DNA of 64,000 bases from Flavobacteriales bacterium (GTDB lineage Bacteria > Bacteroidota > Bacteroidia > Flavobacteriales_D > JAUILH01): assembly GCA_964230025.1 (NCBI GenBank), contig CAXRFO010000018.1, forward strand, positions 287,824 through 351,823, in the 5' to 3' direction. The notes below the pieces were generated by a model that had not been told where the DNA came from, made no database searches, and saw only the letters and a list, made by a program, of their open reading frames with translations. Positions 1 to 9,921 of the stretch are shown here, in pieces (within the stretch, counting starts at the first letter, position 1; each line of letters begins with the position of its first letter). A program made the position numbers and the translations under genes.

Positions 1-376
1 CTATAGCACTTTTATATTTCGCATGATATTCCTTGTCTAAGTCGACTAGTTTTTGGTCGGTTTCAAAACGCAACTGCATGATCTTTTCAAGCTCTGCATC
101 AGAAAGCTCTTCCTCAGATTTTGCATTCTTCATCGCTTCTTTAAGTTCTTTGCGTATCTCCTTTTTCTTTTCTTGATGCTCGTTATAGATGGGCCAGAAT
201 TTTTCCGCCTCCTCTGTGCTTAATTCCATCTTTTCCGTGAAATAAGCCACCCTGTGAGCTTCAATTTTATCTCGCTTCTCTTTACGTTTATCGGTTTTTA
301 CATCATCTTGTGCCATTGCTGGAAACAACATGAAACATAAGAGTCCTACACTCCAAATCATTTTTAACTTTTTCAT
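1..376 (-). CDS. Exported helical protein of the 'sensor of ECF-type sigma factor' type (runs off the window edge)
   Basis: Manual translation MKKLKMIWSVGLLCFMLFPAMAQ...KIEAHRVAYFTEKMELSTEEAEKFWPIYNE. It has a signal peptide and an EAxKFWPxYN motif, and its ATG overlaps the stop of the upstream anti-sigma-like gene (ATGA). Not in the ORF track because its stop lies outside the window. Confidence 0.8.
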   Translation of the reverse strand, partial: MKKLKMIWSVGLLCFMLFPAMAQDDVKTDKRKEKRDKIEAHRVAYFTEKMELSTEEAEKFWPIYNEHQEKKKEIRKELKEAMKNAKSEEELSDAELEKIMQLRFETDQKLVDLDKEYHAKYKSAI

Positions 377-927
377 AATTCATCAATTAATAATTCAACA
401 TCTATTTCTTCTTCAACATAGTCTATGATATCACTATCACTTATATCAGAAGGTAATTCGAGCTGTACAGACTCATATTTCAATTCTTCTTCGCTGGAAG
501 GAATTGAAAACTCTTCGTAAACCAGGTAATTTTCTAATTCGGCAATGCTTAACTCCTGGGTTAAAATTTCTTCAATTGCGGCAAGCTGTTCGTTCTCTTT
601 AAGAACAGTTTTTTGGTCTGTATTTTCAGCTTGCATTTTTTGAGCATCATCAAAGCTGCTAACATTAAATAGCACTATAAAAAAAGGAATAACGCAGGCT
701 GCAGCCAATAAACTAAGCCATGGAAACCTTGTCTCTTTTCTTTGTTTATAGTTTTCAAAGTAGTCACTTTTACATGCAAAAGGGGTATTATTCCCAACAA
801 GTTTTTTCAAACGCTCTTCAGCCTTTAAAATTTCTATTTCATTAAGAATCTCGTTTTCCATTCCTTCCCAATAGCGGGTATCAACTTTAAATGGTGTCTC
901 CTTTTTTATGTTGTCTCCAAGATTCAT
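373..927 (-). CDS. Putative membrane-anchored anti-sigma factor
   Basis: Directly downstream of the ECF sigma gene. PFKVxxxY-like N-terminal motif present twice, a single TM segment (WLSLLAAACVIPFFIVL) and an acidic C-terminus. Confidence 0.65.
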   Translation of the reverse strand: MNLGDNIKKETPFKVDTRYWEGMENEILNEIEILKAEERLKKLVGNNTPFACKSDYFENYKQRKETRFPWLSLLAAACVIPFFIVLFNVSSFDDAQKMQAENTDQKTVLKENEQLAAIEEILTQELSIAELENYLVYEEFSIPSSEEELKYESVQLELPSDISDSDIIDYVEEEIDVELLIDEL

Positions 928-958
928 TATACCTAAGACTTAGTGTTCTTTAAAAGGT

Positions 959-1489
959 TTAATCCTCTTTTAAATATTCTTCGATTTTTTTGACCGCGTG
1001 GTGATAGTTCGCCTTTAAACCGCCCTCGGAGGTTTCCATTATTTCAGAAATCTCTTTAAAGGGTTTCTCTTCAAAGTAGCGATAATTAAAAACAGCTCGC
1101 TGTTTATCCGGTAAGGTTAAAATTGCTCGTTGTAATTTTAGTTCAATTTCATTTCCACTAAAACCAAAACCATCATCTCCTGATTTTTGAACAAGACTTT
1201 CATCCAATGATTCCGAGAGGTTGCGTTTTTCTTTATTTAACCAGTTAATACACTCGTTATGACATATCCTAAAGATCCAAGACGAAAGCTTTGATTCAAA
1301 ACGAAATTTTTCAAGATTCCTCCAGACCTTTATGAAGGTGTTTTGACAGACGTCATCTGCATTCTCATGAGAAATGAGCATTCGACGACATTGCCAATAA
1401 ACCTGTTCTTGAAATGAACTTAAAACCAAGCTAAATGCCTGGTCTAAGTTTTGATTTGAAATGTATTCTTGTACCTGTTTATCTATCAT
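959..1489 (-). CDS. ECF (sigma-70 group 4) RNA polymerase sigma factor
   Basis: Region 2 (ADDVCQNTFIKVW...FRFESKLSSWIFRI) and region 4 (LPDKQRAVF...EISEIM) in 176 aa. Confidence 0.93.
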   Translation of the reverse strand: MIDKQVQEYISNQNLDQAFSLVLSSFQEQVYWQCRRMLISHENADDVCQNTFIKVWRNLEKFRFESKLSSWIFRICHNECINWLNKEKRNLSESLDESLVQKSGDDGFGFSGNEIELKLQRAILTLPDKQRAVFNYRYFEEKPFKEISEIMETSEGGLKANYHHAVKKIEEYLKED

Positions 1490-2439
1490 TGTTTTCTTGC
1501 GATAACTTTTTCAGTTGCCGCAACAATGTTAGACGCACTTAAACCATACTTTTCCATTAATTGAGCTGGAGTTCCACTTTCACCAAAGCTATCGTTCACA
1601 GCCACATACTCTTGTGGTGTCGGGTTTTTTCTTGAAAGTACTTGAGCAACACTTTCGCCCAATCCACCATGGATATTATGTTCTTCACACGTTACCACAC
1701 ATTTTGTCTTGCGGACTGATTGTAAGACCGCCTCCTCATCCAAAGGTTTAATAGTGTGAATATTTATTATTTCGACGGAGATACCTTTTTCTCTCAATAT
1801 TTTCTCAGCCTCTATTGCCTCCCATACCAAGTGTCCTGTGGCGATAATAGTCACATCAGAACCTTCTTTTAGGGTAATCGCCTTGCCTATTTCAAATTTT
1901 TGATCCGCTGGCATAAATACAGGCATTTTTGGTCGTCCAAACCTCAAGTATACTGGGCCATGGTGCTCAGCTATCGCGATGGTTGCTGCTTTTGTTTGAT
2001 TATAATCACACGGGTTGATTACAGTCATTCCAGGAAGCATTTTCATTAAACCAATATCCTCAAGAATTTGGTGCGTTGCTCCATCTTCACCCAGGGTTAA
2101 ACCAGCGTGTGAAGCACAGATTTTCACATTCTTATCACTATAGGCTATAGATTGTCTAATTTGATCATAGACTCTACCCGTTGAGAAGTTTGCAAAGGTA
2201 CCTGTAAACGGTATCTTGCCACCAATTGTCATACCTGCAGCAATTCCCATCATATTGGCTTCTGCAATTCCAACCTGAAAAAAACGATCCGGAAATTCAT
2301 TTTTAAAGTCACCCATTTTTAGAGAACCTGTAAGGTCTGCACACAAGGCAACTACGTTTTCATTATTACGACCCAATTCTAATAAGCCAGCTCCAAATCC
2401 TGATCGAGTGTCTATTTTTTCAGTGTAAGAAAATTCCAT
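1486..2439 (-). CDS. Transketolase, C-terminal (pyrimidine-binding) subunit
   Basis: Motifs GIAEANM, GEDGATHQ, GPVYLRFGR, TIKPLD, EEH..GGLG. Confidence 0.93.
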   Translation of the reverse strand: MEFSYTEKIDTRSGFGAGLLELGRNNENVVALCADLTGSLKMGDFKNEFPDRFFQVGIAEANMMGIAAGMTIGGKIPFTGTFANFSTGRVYDQIRQSIAYSDKNVKICASHAGLTLGEDGATHQILEDIGLMKMLPGMTVINPCDYNQTKAATIAIAEHHGPVYLRFGRPKMPVFMPADQKFEIGKAITLKEGSDVTIIATGHLVWEAIEAEKILREKGISVEIINIHTIKPLDEEAVLQSVRKTKCVVTCEEHNIHGGLGESVAQVLSRKNPTPQEYVAVNDSFGESGTPAQLMEKYGLSASNIVAATEKVIARKQ

Positions 2440-2440
2440 T

Positions 2441-3823
2441 TTATAACTTGAGTTTTGTTTCTGATTTTGAGTAAATTCTAAAATTCTTTTCTTGCGATTG
2501 CAAGGTCTTTTTTGAATCCATCCAACGATAGACTATTTTGTAATTCCCGGGAAGCAAGAGCATACTGCCCACTTTCTCGTTAGGATCAATATTATATACC
2601 CATTCCATTTTACTTCCTTCAATTTTATATATCGCTGCATATTGAAAATTAAAAGCTTCCCATGCAAAGGTTCCTGATTCTGGTATTTCTATTACTGTGG
2701 TGTTATCTTGAGATATCTCAACATCTGTAAAGTAAAGTCTAGGCCAGGTTAAAACTTCCAGATCATACTTACCTACTAAATAATCTTGATTCTCTCCGAA
2801 ATATTGAACGTGGGTAGTCTTCATTTTGTTTGCCTGACGAACAATGCATGGGACATTGGATATTCCTTTTGAACTTCCCATTTTTAACCTAAGACTTCCT
2901 TGTCCTGCATCTAATTCAATAACGTTATGGGTTCCTTTTTCAAGTTTAATGTCCGTTTTAATTAGAGGTGGAATGGTATTTACCCTTAAGGTGTAGGTAG
3001 GGAAGGGGTCCATTACCAATGTGTCAGGATTACCTTTGTAATTTAGGGTGTGCTGGTATTGGTAAGCAACCGTATTATACTTTTGATTTAACATGTAAAA
3101 TCCCACATTACTTTCAGTGGCTTTACCATATACATCATTCAAAGAAATCTGAACCGTTGTATTGTTCATAGCCTGTGCAATGACGGATTGCAATACCTCT
3201 TCAAAATTTGCTTCCTGAGTAACATCAAAAAAAGTTCCGATACAATGAAACATTTCAAGATATCTCAGATCTATCCCTAAACCAACAACGAAGGGTGTAA
3301 CTGAAACTCCTTTCTTTTTAAGTGCAGTTGCTATTCGGCATGGGTCTCCATCACAAGCTTCAATTCCATCGGTGATCAGAATAATAACGTTTCGTGTTTT
3401 TGTGTCTGGAAAGTCATCTGCAGCCTTCTCTAGGGAGAGCGCAATCGGTGTTGTGCCTTTTGGAACTACGCCACGGATTTTGTTTTTAATATCCTCATGA
3501 CTATTTGAACTAAAGGGCACTTCTAACTTGGTATCGTTGCAGTCCTGAGAACTTGGGTCTCCCGGAATAATTGCAGATTGATGACCATAAATACGCAAGG
3601 CAATTTCGAGATTTGGTATCCCTTTTAAGCTATCGATGGCATCAATAAGAACTCTTTTTGCCGTACTGATTTTTGCATCTTTCTGCCATTTCCCATTCAT
3701 AGAATTGGAGGCGTCAAAAATGAAAAGTATGCGAGTTTTTTCTGGTTGGTCTTGAGCTGACACAGCAGCCCCCCATCCTGATAAAAATGAAATTAATAAA
3801 AGGTATTTAAAATATGACTTCAT
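2441..3823 (-). CDS. Secreted von Willebrand factor A (VWA) domain protein
   Basis: Signal peptide from MKSYFKYLL (start moved to 3823). MIDAS DASNS, GTTP and ITDG motifs, followed by beta-rich C-terminal domains. Confidence 0.85.
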   Translation of the reverse strand: MKSYFKYLLLISFLSGWGAAVSAQDQPEKTRILFIFDASNSMNGKWQKDAKISTAKRVLIDAIDSLKGIPNLEIALRIYGHQSAIIPGDPSSQDCNDTKLEVPFSSNSHEDIKNKIRGVVPKGTTPIALSLEKAADDFPDTKTRNVIILITDGIEACDGDPCRIATALKKKGVSVTPFVVGLGIDLRYLEMFHCIGTFFDVTQEANFEEVLQSVIAQAMNNTTVQISLNDVYGKATESNVGFYMLNQKYNTVAYQYQHTLNYKGNPDTLVMDPFPTYTLRVNTIPPLIKTDIKLEKGTHNVIELDAGQGSLRLKMGSSKGISNVPCIVRQANKMKTTHVQYFGENQDYLVGKYDLEVLTWPRLYFTDVEISQDNTTVIEIPESGTFAWEAFNFQYAAIYKIEGSKMEWVYNIDPNEKVGSMLLLPGNYKIVYRWMDSKKTLQSQEKNFRIYSKSETKLKL

Positions 3824-3827
3824 AGAA

Positions 3828-4673
3828 CTAATAATCCCCAATGGTTTCTGGGAGTTGTTCCAAGGCTTGTGCCAATTGTTCATCATTTGGTGCAACACCG
3901 TGCCATTTGTGACTTCCCATCATGAAATCAACACCTTGCCCCATTTCTGTTTTCATAAGTATCATAACGGGTTTACCTTTCCCGGATCGTGATTTTGCCT
4001 CAGCTAAGCCGTCTAGGACCGCTGCCATATCGTTCCCATCCATTTCCATGGTATCAAAACCAAAAGCATCAAACTTATTCTTTAGGTTTCCTAAACTTAA
4101 TACGTCATCGACATCACCATCTATCTGACGTCCGTTGTAATCAACAATCGCGATAAGATTGTCAACTTTATTGGCAGCTGCATACATTGCCGCTTCCCAA
4201 ACCTGACCCTCTTGCAACTCTCCATCACCATGTAGGCAGTAAACCAACTTGTTGTCATTGTTAAGTTTCTTTGCTTGCGCTGCTCCTATAGCTGCACTCA
4301 TCCCTTGACCTAGAGAACCAGATGCGATTCTAACCCCTTCTAATCCTTCATGTGTAGTTGGGTGTCCTTGTAGACGAGAATCAATGTGTCTAAAAGTATT
4401 CAGCTCACTTATCTCAAAATAACCAGCTCTTGCAAGTGTGCTGTACCAAACAGGACTAATATGACCATTGGATAGGAAAAATAAGTCTTCATTCTTTCCA
4501 TCCATTGAAAAATTGGCAGGATTATGTTCCATGTGAGCGTGATACAAGCCCACAAAAAGTTCAACACAACCTAATGATCCTCCTGGGTGCCCTGAATTAA
4601 CGCGTGCAACCATGCGCAGAATATCACGTCTTACTTGTGTACAAAGGTCTTTGAGTTTATTTACGTCAGCCAT
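3828..4673 (-). CDS. Transketolase, N-terminal (TPP-binding) subunit
   Basis: Motifs SGHPGGSL, LSNGH, LQGHP, GSLGQG and the TPP motif GDGELQEG...DYN. Start MADVNK at 4673 lies downstream of a TAACTTTG element. Confidence 0.93.
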   Translation of the reverse strand: MADVNKLKDLCTQVRRDILRMVARVNSGHPGGSLGCVELFVGLYHAHMEHNPANFSMDGKNEDLFFLSNGHISPVWYSTLARAGYFEISELNTFRHIDSRLQGHPTTHEGLEGVRIASGSLGQGMSAAIGAAQAKKLNNDNKLVYCLHGDGELQEGQVWEAAMYAAANKVDNLIAIVDYNGRQIDGDVDDVLSLGNLKNKFDAFGFDTMEMDGNDMAAVLDGLAEAKSRSGKGKPVMILMKTEMGQGVDFMMGSHKWHGVAPNDEQLAQALEQLPETIGDY

Positions 4674-4821
4674 TTTGAAAGTTTGATGCAAAGTTAATCT
4701 TATATCCATTTTTTTTGGATGACTGTTAACAACTTTTGAAAAGCCTGAAATAGCCAAAAACTGGAAGTCAATGGCTATATTTCGTATATTCGTAAAGACC
4801 AAAGTCTTAATTTGTTAAATT

Positions 4822-5199
4822 ATGAAAAAGTTGTTATTATTTGTGGGTTACAGTTTAATTTCACTCGCGGGAATGAGCCAAGAAAGAAGCTACTCAAAAG
4901 CCTTAACCGATCACTTTGAAGTGAGTGAACTAGATGCGCAAAGTGATCAAGAAATTGCCTACTTGGAATACACAGCGAATAATGCATTCGTAATTACTGA
5001 ATTTCCTAAAGAAAAAGTAGGTAACACTCAAAGGTATTCAACAATTGAACTTAACCTTGAAAAGGTGGACGACTTTTATGACTTAAATATTGAAATGAAA
5101 GAAAATGATTTTCAGTATTTCAGAATTTCTGGAACTGACAAAATGTTAATCATAAAGTCGAAATCGATTGTAAAACGAGAGTTTGAAGCCAAAAAATAA
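4822..5199 (+). CDS. Small exported hypothetical protein
   Basis: 125-aa ORF with Sec signal peptide MKKLLLFVGYSLISLAGMSQ; abuts the next gene. Confidence 0.75.
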   Translation: MKKLLLFVGYSLISLAGMSQERSYSKALTDHFEVSELDAQSDQEIAYLEYTANNAFVITEFPKEKVGNTQRYSTIELNLEKVDDFYDLNIEMKENDFQYFRISGTDKMLIIKSKSIVKREFEAKK

Positions 5200-5200
5200 T

Positions 5201-7672
5201 ATGAGAAAATATAGTTTAACCCTTGCCGCACTACTTATTTCTGCTTTATCGTTTGGACAAAACATCCTGATAACAGACGCTGATTATGATCAAGCAAACC
5301 CATTGGACTGTGGCAACTTTAATGATGGTTCCGTTCAGAATTTCTTCGATTCTGGTGATGCAGGCTCAGATTACAGCGCTAATGAAAACGAAACGTTAAC
5401 GATTTGCCCGGATCCATCAACGGGATCAAAAGTTACAGTTGCATTTGGAATTAACGCAGGATTCTCTTGGAATGTCCATCCTTCTGACACCTTGTATGTA
5501 TACGATGGGCCGAACACAAGTGCTCCTTTGCTTGGAGCTCATAACATTGCAACGGACCCTAATGGTTTTACTCATACTGCTTCCTTCGCTAACAACCCAT
5601 CTGGTTGTTTAACTTTTGTTTTTGTATCTAACAGTGCCGATGAAGCTTTAGGTTGGGCTGCAAATATCAGTTGCGGTAATCCGCCTCAACCATTTGAGAT
5701 GCATATGGAAGCTTACATTAACGGAGATTCTTTAAACGGAAGTGATATGAGTCCTGCAGACACTGGCTATGTTGATGTTTGTCCTGGCGACTCAGTTTTA
5801 TACAAGGCAACTCCGATTTTCCCTTATTCTTTTGAAAGTACAGGTACCGGATACTCGCAAAATTTATCGAATGTTACCTATGAATGGAGTTTTTCAGATG
5901 GAACAACTGCTACAGGACAATATGTGTGGTTTACTCCACCCGCTCAACAGGGATATATCGTGACGCTTACCATAACCGATCAGTTCCCTAACGAGTACGC
6001 AATTCTCTCTAAATTAAGAGTTTCTACCACTCCAAGCTTTGCTGAGGCCATGGCTGTAGACGATACAATTTGTGTTGGAGCAACTACTGATCTTATTGGA
6101 GGTATAAGCCCTACGGACACCGCAGGAGTTGATCCGACCACCAGTTCAATAGTTATCGGTGGTACTTTTGCAGGATTAACATACCTACCCGATGGATCTG
6201 GTCAAAATTATACCACAGATGTTTCCATAAGTGGATATCCAGCAGGTCTTACCATTCAGAATGCTTCAGACATCAAGAGCTTATGTCTTACAATTGAACA
6301 TTCTTATCTAGGTGATCTTGAAATGGGTTTAACCTGTCCTAATGGAACAACGATTAACATTTTTAACTCCTATAATGGAGGTGGTGGCGGAGAATTGTTT
6401 CCCGGTGGTTTTACTGGCGGTGGAACTTTCTTAGGAAATGCCTTTGATAACAATATCGGTAACCCTGGTGTTGGAGAAGAGTACTGTTTCTCAGATGCCT
6501 TTGCCACTTGGGGGACTATGGCAACTGAATTTGCTGGTGGAAATACTTTACCGGTTACTAATCCATCAGCAGGTAATGCCATGAACTGGAATGGTACTTA
6601 CCTTCCCGAAGAAACTTTTGCTAACCTTATTGGTTGTCCGATCAATGGTACCTGGACAGTAACCGTTCGAGATAACTTAAGTATAGATGATGGTTATATT
6701 TTTGAATGGGGAATTTGTTTTGACCCAACATTAAATCCTAATAACGAGACATATGCTCCAGAGATAGTTTCCGAAACTTGGTTATTTGATCCTACCATTA
6801 TTACAGGTGATGGAGATACTACAATTGTTGTTGCCCCGGATACTGCTGGACCTTTTAATTATACTTTTCAGGTAACTGATAATTTTGGTTGTACTTATGA
6901 CACCACCATAACAGTGGTGGCTATTTCTGGTGCTTCTGTAGAACCATCAGCGCAGGCCTGTGATAATGAATATCAGGTGGTAAACACTACTGCCTCTTTA
7001 GGAGGAACTTGGACACAAACTTCAGGACTGGGAGTCGCACTATTCTCGCCAGATAATATGTCGAATAATCCTTTAATTACTGTATCGAGTCATGGACCTT
7101 ATGAATTTATCTTTACAGATAGTTTGTGCGGCATTGATCATCCGGTATCAATTGTGTTTCATCCTGATCCTGTTGCAAGTATTGACGGGGATAGTATATG
7201 CGAAGGGGATCAAATCGATTGGGATGTATCCTTCACACAAGGCTCGGCGAATTATTTATGGAGTGTTGATGGGACAGCCATAATAGGAGCAACAGGACCT
7301 CAATATACGGCTATAGCAACGGGCTTGTATCAGGTTATCGTTAGCAATTTTTGTGGTCAAGCTACAGATACTGCTGATGTTTATGTTGACGAATGTCTTG
7401 TAACCATTCCTAATGTGTTTACACCTGACGGAGATATATTCAATGAATATCTTGTCTTTGATGGCTTAGAAAAATACAGAGATGGGCACTTACAGATATT
7501 TAACCGATGGGGTAACCTTATTTACGAGAATTCTGACTATCAAAACGATTGGGATGGAACGGTAAATGGAAAGGATGTTTCAGATGGAACCTATTTCTTC
7601 ATTCTTACTTATGATAGATTTGGAGAAATCATTTCAGAAAAAGGCCACGTAAACATCTTTAGAAAACAGTAA
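5201..7672 (+). CDS. T9SS type B cargo (gliding-motility-associated C-terminal domain) with CUB-like, PKD-like and proprotein-convertase P-like domains
   Basis: Signal peptide MRKYSL. CUB-like segment (DSG...YS.NE...DTLYVYDG...GCLTFVF.S...GW.A), P-domain-like segment (EHSYLGDL...NGTW...DDGYIFEW), and C-terminal IPNVFTPDGD..N...IFNRWG...WDG...GTYF. Confidence 0.88.
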   Translation: MRKYSLTLAALLISALSFGQNILITDADYDQANPLDCGNFNDGSVQNFFDSGDAGSDYSANENETLTICPDPSTGSKVTVAFGINAGFSWNVHPSDTLYVYDGPNTSAPLLGAHNIATDPNGFTHTASFANNPSGCLTFVFVSNSADEALGWAANISCGNPPQPFEMHMEAYINGDSLNGSDMSPADTGYVDVCPGDSVLYKATPIFPYSFESTGTGYSQNLSNVTYEWSFSDGTTATGQYVWFTPPAQQGYIVTLTITDQFPNEYAILSKLRVSTTPSFAEAMAVDDTICVGATTDLIGGISPTDTAGVDPTTSSIVIGGTFAGLTYLPDGSGQNYTTDVSISGYPAGLTIQNASDIKSLCLTIEHSYLGDLEMGLTCPNGTTINIFNSYNGGGGGELFPGGFTGGGTFLGNAFDNNIGNPGVGEEYCFSDAFATWGTMATEFAGGNTLPVTNPSAGNAMNWNGTYLPEETFANLIGCPINGTWTVTVRDNLSIDDGYIFEWGICFDPTLNPNNETYAPEIVSETWLFDPTIITGDGDTTIVVAPDTAGPFNYTFQVTDNFGCTYDTTITVVAISGASVEPSAQACDNEYQVVNTTASLGGTWTQTSGLGVALFSPDNMSNNPLITVSSHGPYEFIFTDSLCGIDHPVSIVFHPDPVASIDGDSICEGDQIDWDVSFTQGSANYLWSVDGTAIIGATGPQYTAIATGLYQVIVSNFCGQATDTADVYVDECLVTIPNVFTPDGDIFNEYLVFDGLEKYRDGHLQIFNRWGNLIYENSDYQNDWDGTVNGKDVSDGTYFFILTYDRFGEIISEKGHVNIFRKQ

Positions 7673-7703
7673 TTCGTATTTTTGCCATTCAAAATTAACT
7701 AGA

Positions 7704-8801
7704 ATGGCATTAAAATGCGGTATTGTTGGGCTTCCTAATGTAGGTAAATCAACTCTTTTTAACTGTTTATCAAACGCAAAGGCGCAATCAGCAAATTTTC
7801 CTTTTTGCACCATTGAACCTAACTTAGGAACAATTAACGTTCCTGATAAAAGATTGGATAAACTTGAAAGTCTTGTTAACCCAGAGAAAGTAATCCCTAC
7901 CACCATCGAAATTGTGGATATTGCCGGACTAGTTAAGGGTGCGTCAAAAGGAGAGGGACTAGGAAATCAATTCCTTGCTAACATTAGAGAAACAGACGCA
8001 ATACTTCATGTTTTACGTTGTTTTGATGACGGAAATATTGTTCACGTAGATGGTTCAGTTGATCCTGTTAGAGATAAGGAGGTTATTGATATTGAGCTTC
8101 AGCTTAAAGATCTTGAGACCGTTGAAAACAAAATGAACTCCTTAAAAAGGGTAATTAAAAGTGGAGAGAAAGATGCTGTGAAAGCATGGGATTATCTTGA
8201 AAAGATAAAGGCAGCATTGGAATCAGGACAAAGCGCCAGAACTGTAGAAGTTGAAGAGGAAGATGCACATATCGTCAAAGATTTTCAACTTCTTACCACT
8301 AAACCTGTTATGTACGTTTGTAATGTGGATGAAGGATCTGTTCAAAATGGAAATGAATACACTGAAAGGGTAAAAGAAGCTGTAAAAAATGAAAATGCAG
8401 AAATTTTAATTCTTGGTGCAGCCATTGAATCCGATATTAACGAACTAGAAACTTACGAAGAGAGAAAAATGTTCTTGGATGATCTAGGTTTAGATGAGCC
8501 TGGTGTTAACAAGTTGATTCGTTCAGCTTACAAACTTCTTAATTTACAAACCTATTTTACTGCTGGCGAAAAAGAGGTAAGAGCATGGACTATAAAGGAA
8601 GGATTTAAAGCGCCTCAAGCTGCTGGTGTGATTCACACTGACTTTGAAAAAGGTTTTATTCGTGCGGAAGTGATCGCCTACGACGATTTTGTTGAACTGG
8701 GTTCTGAAGCCGCAGTAAAAGAAAAGGGAAAAATGAAAATTGAGGGAAAAGAATATGTAGTGAAGGATGGAGATGTAATGCACTTCCGTTTTAACGTGTA
8801 A
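7704..8801 (+). CDS. ychF: Redox-regulated ATPase YchF
   Basis: GIVGLPNVGKSTLFN, ANFPFCTIEPN, DIAGLVKGASKGEGLGNQFL, C-terminal TGS domain ending FRFNV. Confidence 0.98.
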   Translation: MALKCGIVGLPNVGKSTLFNCLSNAKAQSANFPFCTIEPNLGTINVPDKRLDKLESLVNPEKVIPTTIEIVDIAGLVKGASKGEGLGNQFLANIRETDAILHVLRCFDDGNIVHVDGSVDPVRDKEVIDIELQLKDLETVENKMNSLKRVIKSGEKDAVKAWDYLEKIKAALESGQSARTVEVEEEDAHIVKDFQLLTTKPVMYVCNVDEGSVQNGNEYTERVKEAVKNENAEILILGAAIESDINELETYEERKMFLDDLGLDEPGVNKLIRSAYKLLNLQTYFTAGEKEVRAWTIKEGFKAPQAAGVIHTDFEKGFIRAEVIAYDDFVELGSEAAVKEKGKMKIEGKEYVVKDGDVMHFRFNV

Positions 8802-9409
8802 TGAATTCTGATAATCTCAAAAGACTATTATCAAAAGAGCTTCCTGGGGAGCTTTCTCACAAAAAATTAGCACCTTATCGGGTAAAGGATAACTACCAAA
8901 TTCGATCAGATGCCCGCTTGTCTGCCGTAAGCATACTATTGCTACCACAAAATAATCAATGGGATATTGTACTCATTGAGCGGCCAAAATACGATGGAGT
9001 GCATTCAGGCCAAATGGCATTCCCAGGTGGGAGAATCGAAGATGGTGATCTTGATTTATTCCATACCGCTATAAGAGAATGTGAGGAGGAGGTAGCGTAT
9101 AGGCCAGAAAAGAAAGATTTCGTCACAAAATTAAGCCCTATTTATATCCCACCCAGCAACTTTTGGGTACACCCCTATGTTTTTGTACTAGATGGACGCC
9201 CTTCCTTTATTCCCGACGAAAGAGAAGTTCACCGTATTCATCTAGTATCGCTTGATGATCTTTTAAATGATCTATCGGTAAAAAGCAAAACCATTGAGCT
9301 AAGTAATGGGCTGAAGTTGAAAACACCATATTTCGATTTGAACAACAACACCGTTTGGGGTGCTACGGCTGCAATTCTTTCCGAACTTAAAGATTTGATT
9401 AATGCTTAA
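8801..9409 (+). CDS. Nudix hydrolase, CoA pyrophosphatase type
   Basis: HSGQMAFPGG, Nudix box AIRECEEEV, VWGATA. Confidence 0.9.
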   Translation: MNSDNLKRLLSKELPGELSHKKLAPYRVKDNYQIRSDARLSAVSILLLPQNNQWDIVLIERPKYDGVHSGQMAFPGGRIEDGDLDLFHTAIRECEEEVAYRPEKKDFVTKLSPIYIPPSNFWVHPYVFVLDGRPSFIPDEREVHRIHLVSLDDLLNDLSVKSKTIELSNGLKLKTPYFDLNNNTVWGATAAILSELKDLINA

Positions 9410-9917
9410 TATCCGAAGAGCCAGTAGAGTGGATGCGCAAGCAATATTGGACATAGCCATTCCGTCTTTTTTAGATGCGCATGGTCATAGCGCCAGTGAG
9501 AGTGAAATTAATCAATACGTGAAATCAAATTTTTCACTCCGTGCTTTTGAGGAGGAGCTGGACAATAAGGAGAATTTGTTCTTTATTTCATCCGATGAGA
9601 ATCGGATAAATGCATATTCCAAAATATCATTCAATCAATACAATGGAAATATAAAAGGCAGCCATCTTGTTAAGTTAGAACGCTTGTATGTTGATCCATT
9701 AGCATACGGGAAGGGGATCGCCCAAGAGTTACTCCAACATAATATTGATTTTAGCAAACAAGAGGGCCAACAAGGAATGTGGCTCAATGTGTGGGTAGAA
9801 AATAAAAGGGCTATTTCGTTTTATGATAAAATGGGTTTTAAGGTTGTTGGTGCTTTTGATTTTAAAATTTCAGACAAACATTATAACCCTAACCATGTAA
9901 TGTACTTGGCATTCTAA
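9402..9917 (+). CDS. GNAT family N-acetyltransferase (PaiA-like)
   Basis: LERLYV...GKGIA, WLNVWVENKRAISFYDKMGF. Confidence 0.88.
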   Translation: MLNIRRASRVDAQAILDIAIPSFLDAHGHSASESEINQYVKSNFSLRAFEEELDNKENLFFISSDENRINAYSKISFNQYNGNIKGSHLVKLERLYVDPLAYGKGIAQELLQHNIDFSKQEGQQGMWLNVWVENKRAISFYDKMGFKVVGAFDFKISDKHYNPNHVMYLAF

Positions 9918-9921
9918 GCTA

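Noticed and set aside
3824-4802. Long N-terminal extensions and overlaps implied by the track starts of VWA (3898) and transketolase-N (4802)
   Set aside because: Downstream ATGs (3823, 4673) give proper signal-peptide or family starts and fit the nearby promoter element.
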